Assembly: GCA_030141605.1 (NCBI GenBank) | Contig: JAQGDQ010000256.1 | Location: 62,001 to 126,000 of the forward strand | Length of the DNA stretch: 64,000 bases | From: Tubiluchus corallicola | Lineage: Eukaryota; Animalia; Priapulida | Direction: 5' to 3' | Shown: one piece after another, positions 61,427-64,000 of the stretch | Numbering within the stretch: position 1 is the stretch's first letter | Layout: every line of letters begins with the position of its first letter | Notes under the pieces: generated by a model | Databases searched by the model: none | Told to the model about the DNA's origin: nothing | What the model saw: only the letters and a program-made list of their open reading frames with translations | Program-made: the position numbers and the translations under genes

Positions 61427-62735
61427 ATTTATGTATCGTAGAATTAAAATCCAGCTGCACAGTGTAGCTTCGCAACTTCACATTGACAACAGTTGCATGC
61501 ACAAAACATTAAAGATGATATTCATTTAAAGAATAAATTTCGCATCTATTGACGGAAGCCATTTTTAATCCACCGTGTTAAGCTCAGTGAATCCCTCGAC
61601 CAATAGTTCGAGTCGAACTTGTTAAGTAGATCAACTGCTTTAGGAGTTCTAAACTTGTAATTGTCAATCGCATAACATTAATTTGACTAAATTTAATAGA
61701 GCGATATAAATCACGGACATAAATCTTCCAGTAACGAAATTTGAATCCATATCTGCAATGGGAAAGCTAAGATTGCAGTAGACATTTTCTTACGTCTTGT
61801 AAGTTAAATGGTTTACTCAACTTGAAGTTTAAGCTGTCTGGTTTTACAGCAACTGCTAGCTAAGCTCGTTGATGGTACTTGTAACAGGCAAAGTTGGTAA
61901 AACGGCACAAACGCCTGGCAATCTCTATAAATCTAATTATCCCGCCTCGCTTATTGACGACCAGGTTGCAAAAGTGGAATGTGTAATCTGCGATTAACGA
62001 TTCACTGCACTGCAAACAGTTCAAAGTTAATTTAGCTTCAGTATCTATTAAAGGATTTCTCTCCACCCGCCCTCTCGTGGCTTCGTCTGAGGCAGCTCGG
62101 CGGAATCTACGGACCACACGCACTGTCACCAGCCGTCACATTGCTTATACAAAATCTGATGAAAATCCGTGTTAGTTAACCTTCTTCTCCGGAGTGTGTT
62201 ACGCGTTTCGTTGCCCTCATTTATAGCTTGTTATACAAACTGGAGAGGCAATTGGAACGCAGAAACTACAGACAGTTTTGTTGATTTTTAATTTGCAATG
62301 CTCCGGCGCAAAAACACTCAAGTCTAAGTGCCAATTTAGTTGGATACATGAACCACGCAACCACCATTATTTCGACTGCGATATATGTTACAGTTGCGTG
62401 CATTACAAGCGCCGCATAAACTACTGACTGCAATTTTTAACCAGAGAAACAGCTGTGCCCGTTCATGCTTTCCATGAGCTTAAGGGAAACAAGCTCTGTT
62501 ATAGAGCTATAGTAGAGATAACGAAGCAAAAAGCATGCCAAAATCGAAAATAAACACAGTAATAAATCGACCTGTAAATAGCTCATATAAAATATTAGAA
62601 AATAATGTAAATAAAGCCACCTGTTCTGTGAAAACGTATAGACTTAAGACCTAATTATCAAGACAGACTATGTTCACTCATGCGGCCCATATGCCTGTAT
62701 AAATGTAATTGTACTCCTGTATTAAAATCGTGTGC

Positions 62736-62736
<1 letters not shown>

Positions 62737-62787
<51 letters not shown>

Positions 62788-62840
62788 GCGTGTGCGTGTG
62801 CGTGTGCGTGTGCGTGTGCGTGTGCGTGTGCGTGTGTATG
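62737..62840. repeat. (GT)n plus (GCGTGT)n microsatellite
   Basis: Direct reading. Confidence 0.97.
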
Positions 62841-64000
62841 TGGTATCAACACTATTAATTTAGGAATCATTTATAGTTTATATAAAGTTCCATAACTATC
62901 CTCCACTAATCTGAATTTTAATTTTCTTTGCAGTTAATCCTCCAATGATGGTCATCTACGTTACACTTTTACTCAGCAGTTGAAAATTTCTTTTAGTCTA
63001 CATTTGAAGCTTTGCGCCATTTTCTTTTGCTCTCAGGCTGACTCTAGAGCAGAGCTGAGAAATCGCTGCATTGCTATATAGGAAAGAGCGTTATGCATAT
63101 AGATGTAATTTAAATCGCTACCGTGGACTTGCGAAGCCAAGTTTGATGCCACCAAAATACTCATGAGCCATGGATCATAGACTCGGTAAGCAACTTGCCA
63201 TTTGGTTCGTGTTGTAATTTCTATTAATTTTAGATAAATATTTGAAAATAATGAGGGATTTGAAACACCTTGTACATGCGACTTAATTCCAGTAGAACAT
63301 GTCCTTGTGTCCTTACACAGGTAACATACCTCTTAAGCTTAAGCAAACATAACCAATCGATCATGCTGGCATTCGGCTGAACAAAAACGACACCGCACTA
63401 GTATTAGCAACTAAAAGCAGCTGAAACAACTTTTAAAACAAGATTTTTATAACTCTTTGACGGAAAACGTACTGCAATACTAGAGAATGCAAGGCTGTGT
63501 TATGTTTCCACCTGACAAAACAAACGTGAAAACAATAAAATAATGGCAATTATGAAGAAACGAGACATCGTAACTAGAGGGGGTCTTAATGTCTCAAGGA
63601 TTATTCTAAGATTGCAAAAAGCAGTAATTTTGCTATGGGCACTCCAGAATCTATTTCATATAGAATGTCACACCCAAACATTTGAATTATCTGACAGTCC
63701 CTGTACGTCTAAGTTAACACGATTTCTTATACGCTTTTCTCCATTTATAATATATATTGTATATTACATTGAAATATGCATAGATGCATACAGGTGACAT
63801 GCCGATACATTTTTCAGACACTTCTAAACAGCTAACACTAAACAGTTCTCAAAACATAATTTATCAGTCAAACGTAAATAATTTTTTTGGTAAAAAAACA
63901 GGCAACAAACTAACACAGAGGGGTCAAATAAAAAATATAAAAAAGTGATAAAAAGGTAAAAATGTTTCTTAAAGCAAATTAAATGTCCGGGTTTGGCCGA

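Overview
AT-rich, intron-containing animal DNA from a protostome invertebrate, probably an ecdysozoan judging by the GluCl sequence; this is not prokaryotic sequence. All host genes lie on the minus strand. From left to right: (1) a decayed BEL/Pao LTR retrotransposon nested inside a SCAN-gag Gypsy-type LTR element that retains an LTR and a tRNA-Leu primer-binding site (1-6585). (2) Six hand-spliced exons encoding the extracellular domain of an unusual pentameric ligand-gated ion channel subunit whose Cys-loop lacks its first cysteine (8201-12623); no transmembrane exons were found in the window. (3) A tandem cluster of secreted Gly/Tyr/Ser-rich proteins with an 8-Cys variant of the chitin-binding type-2 domain: one intact copy, one with a 1-bp frameshift and one decayed fragment (13.3-18.7 kb). 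(4) An intronless GT10 alpha-1,3-fucosyltransferase. (5) An intronless secreted, possibly GPI-anchored cyclase/kynurenine-formamidase-family hydrolase. (6) A complete 8-coding-exon glutamate-gated chloride channel of 471 aa (31728-42326). (7) About 22 kb without recognisable host CDS, containing LINE remnants, MITEs and microsatellites. The best novelty candidates are the Cys-loop-deficient channel subunit and the 8-Cys chitin-binding GY-rich family. Gene models come from manual translation and GT-AG/phase checks; no database searches were run.
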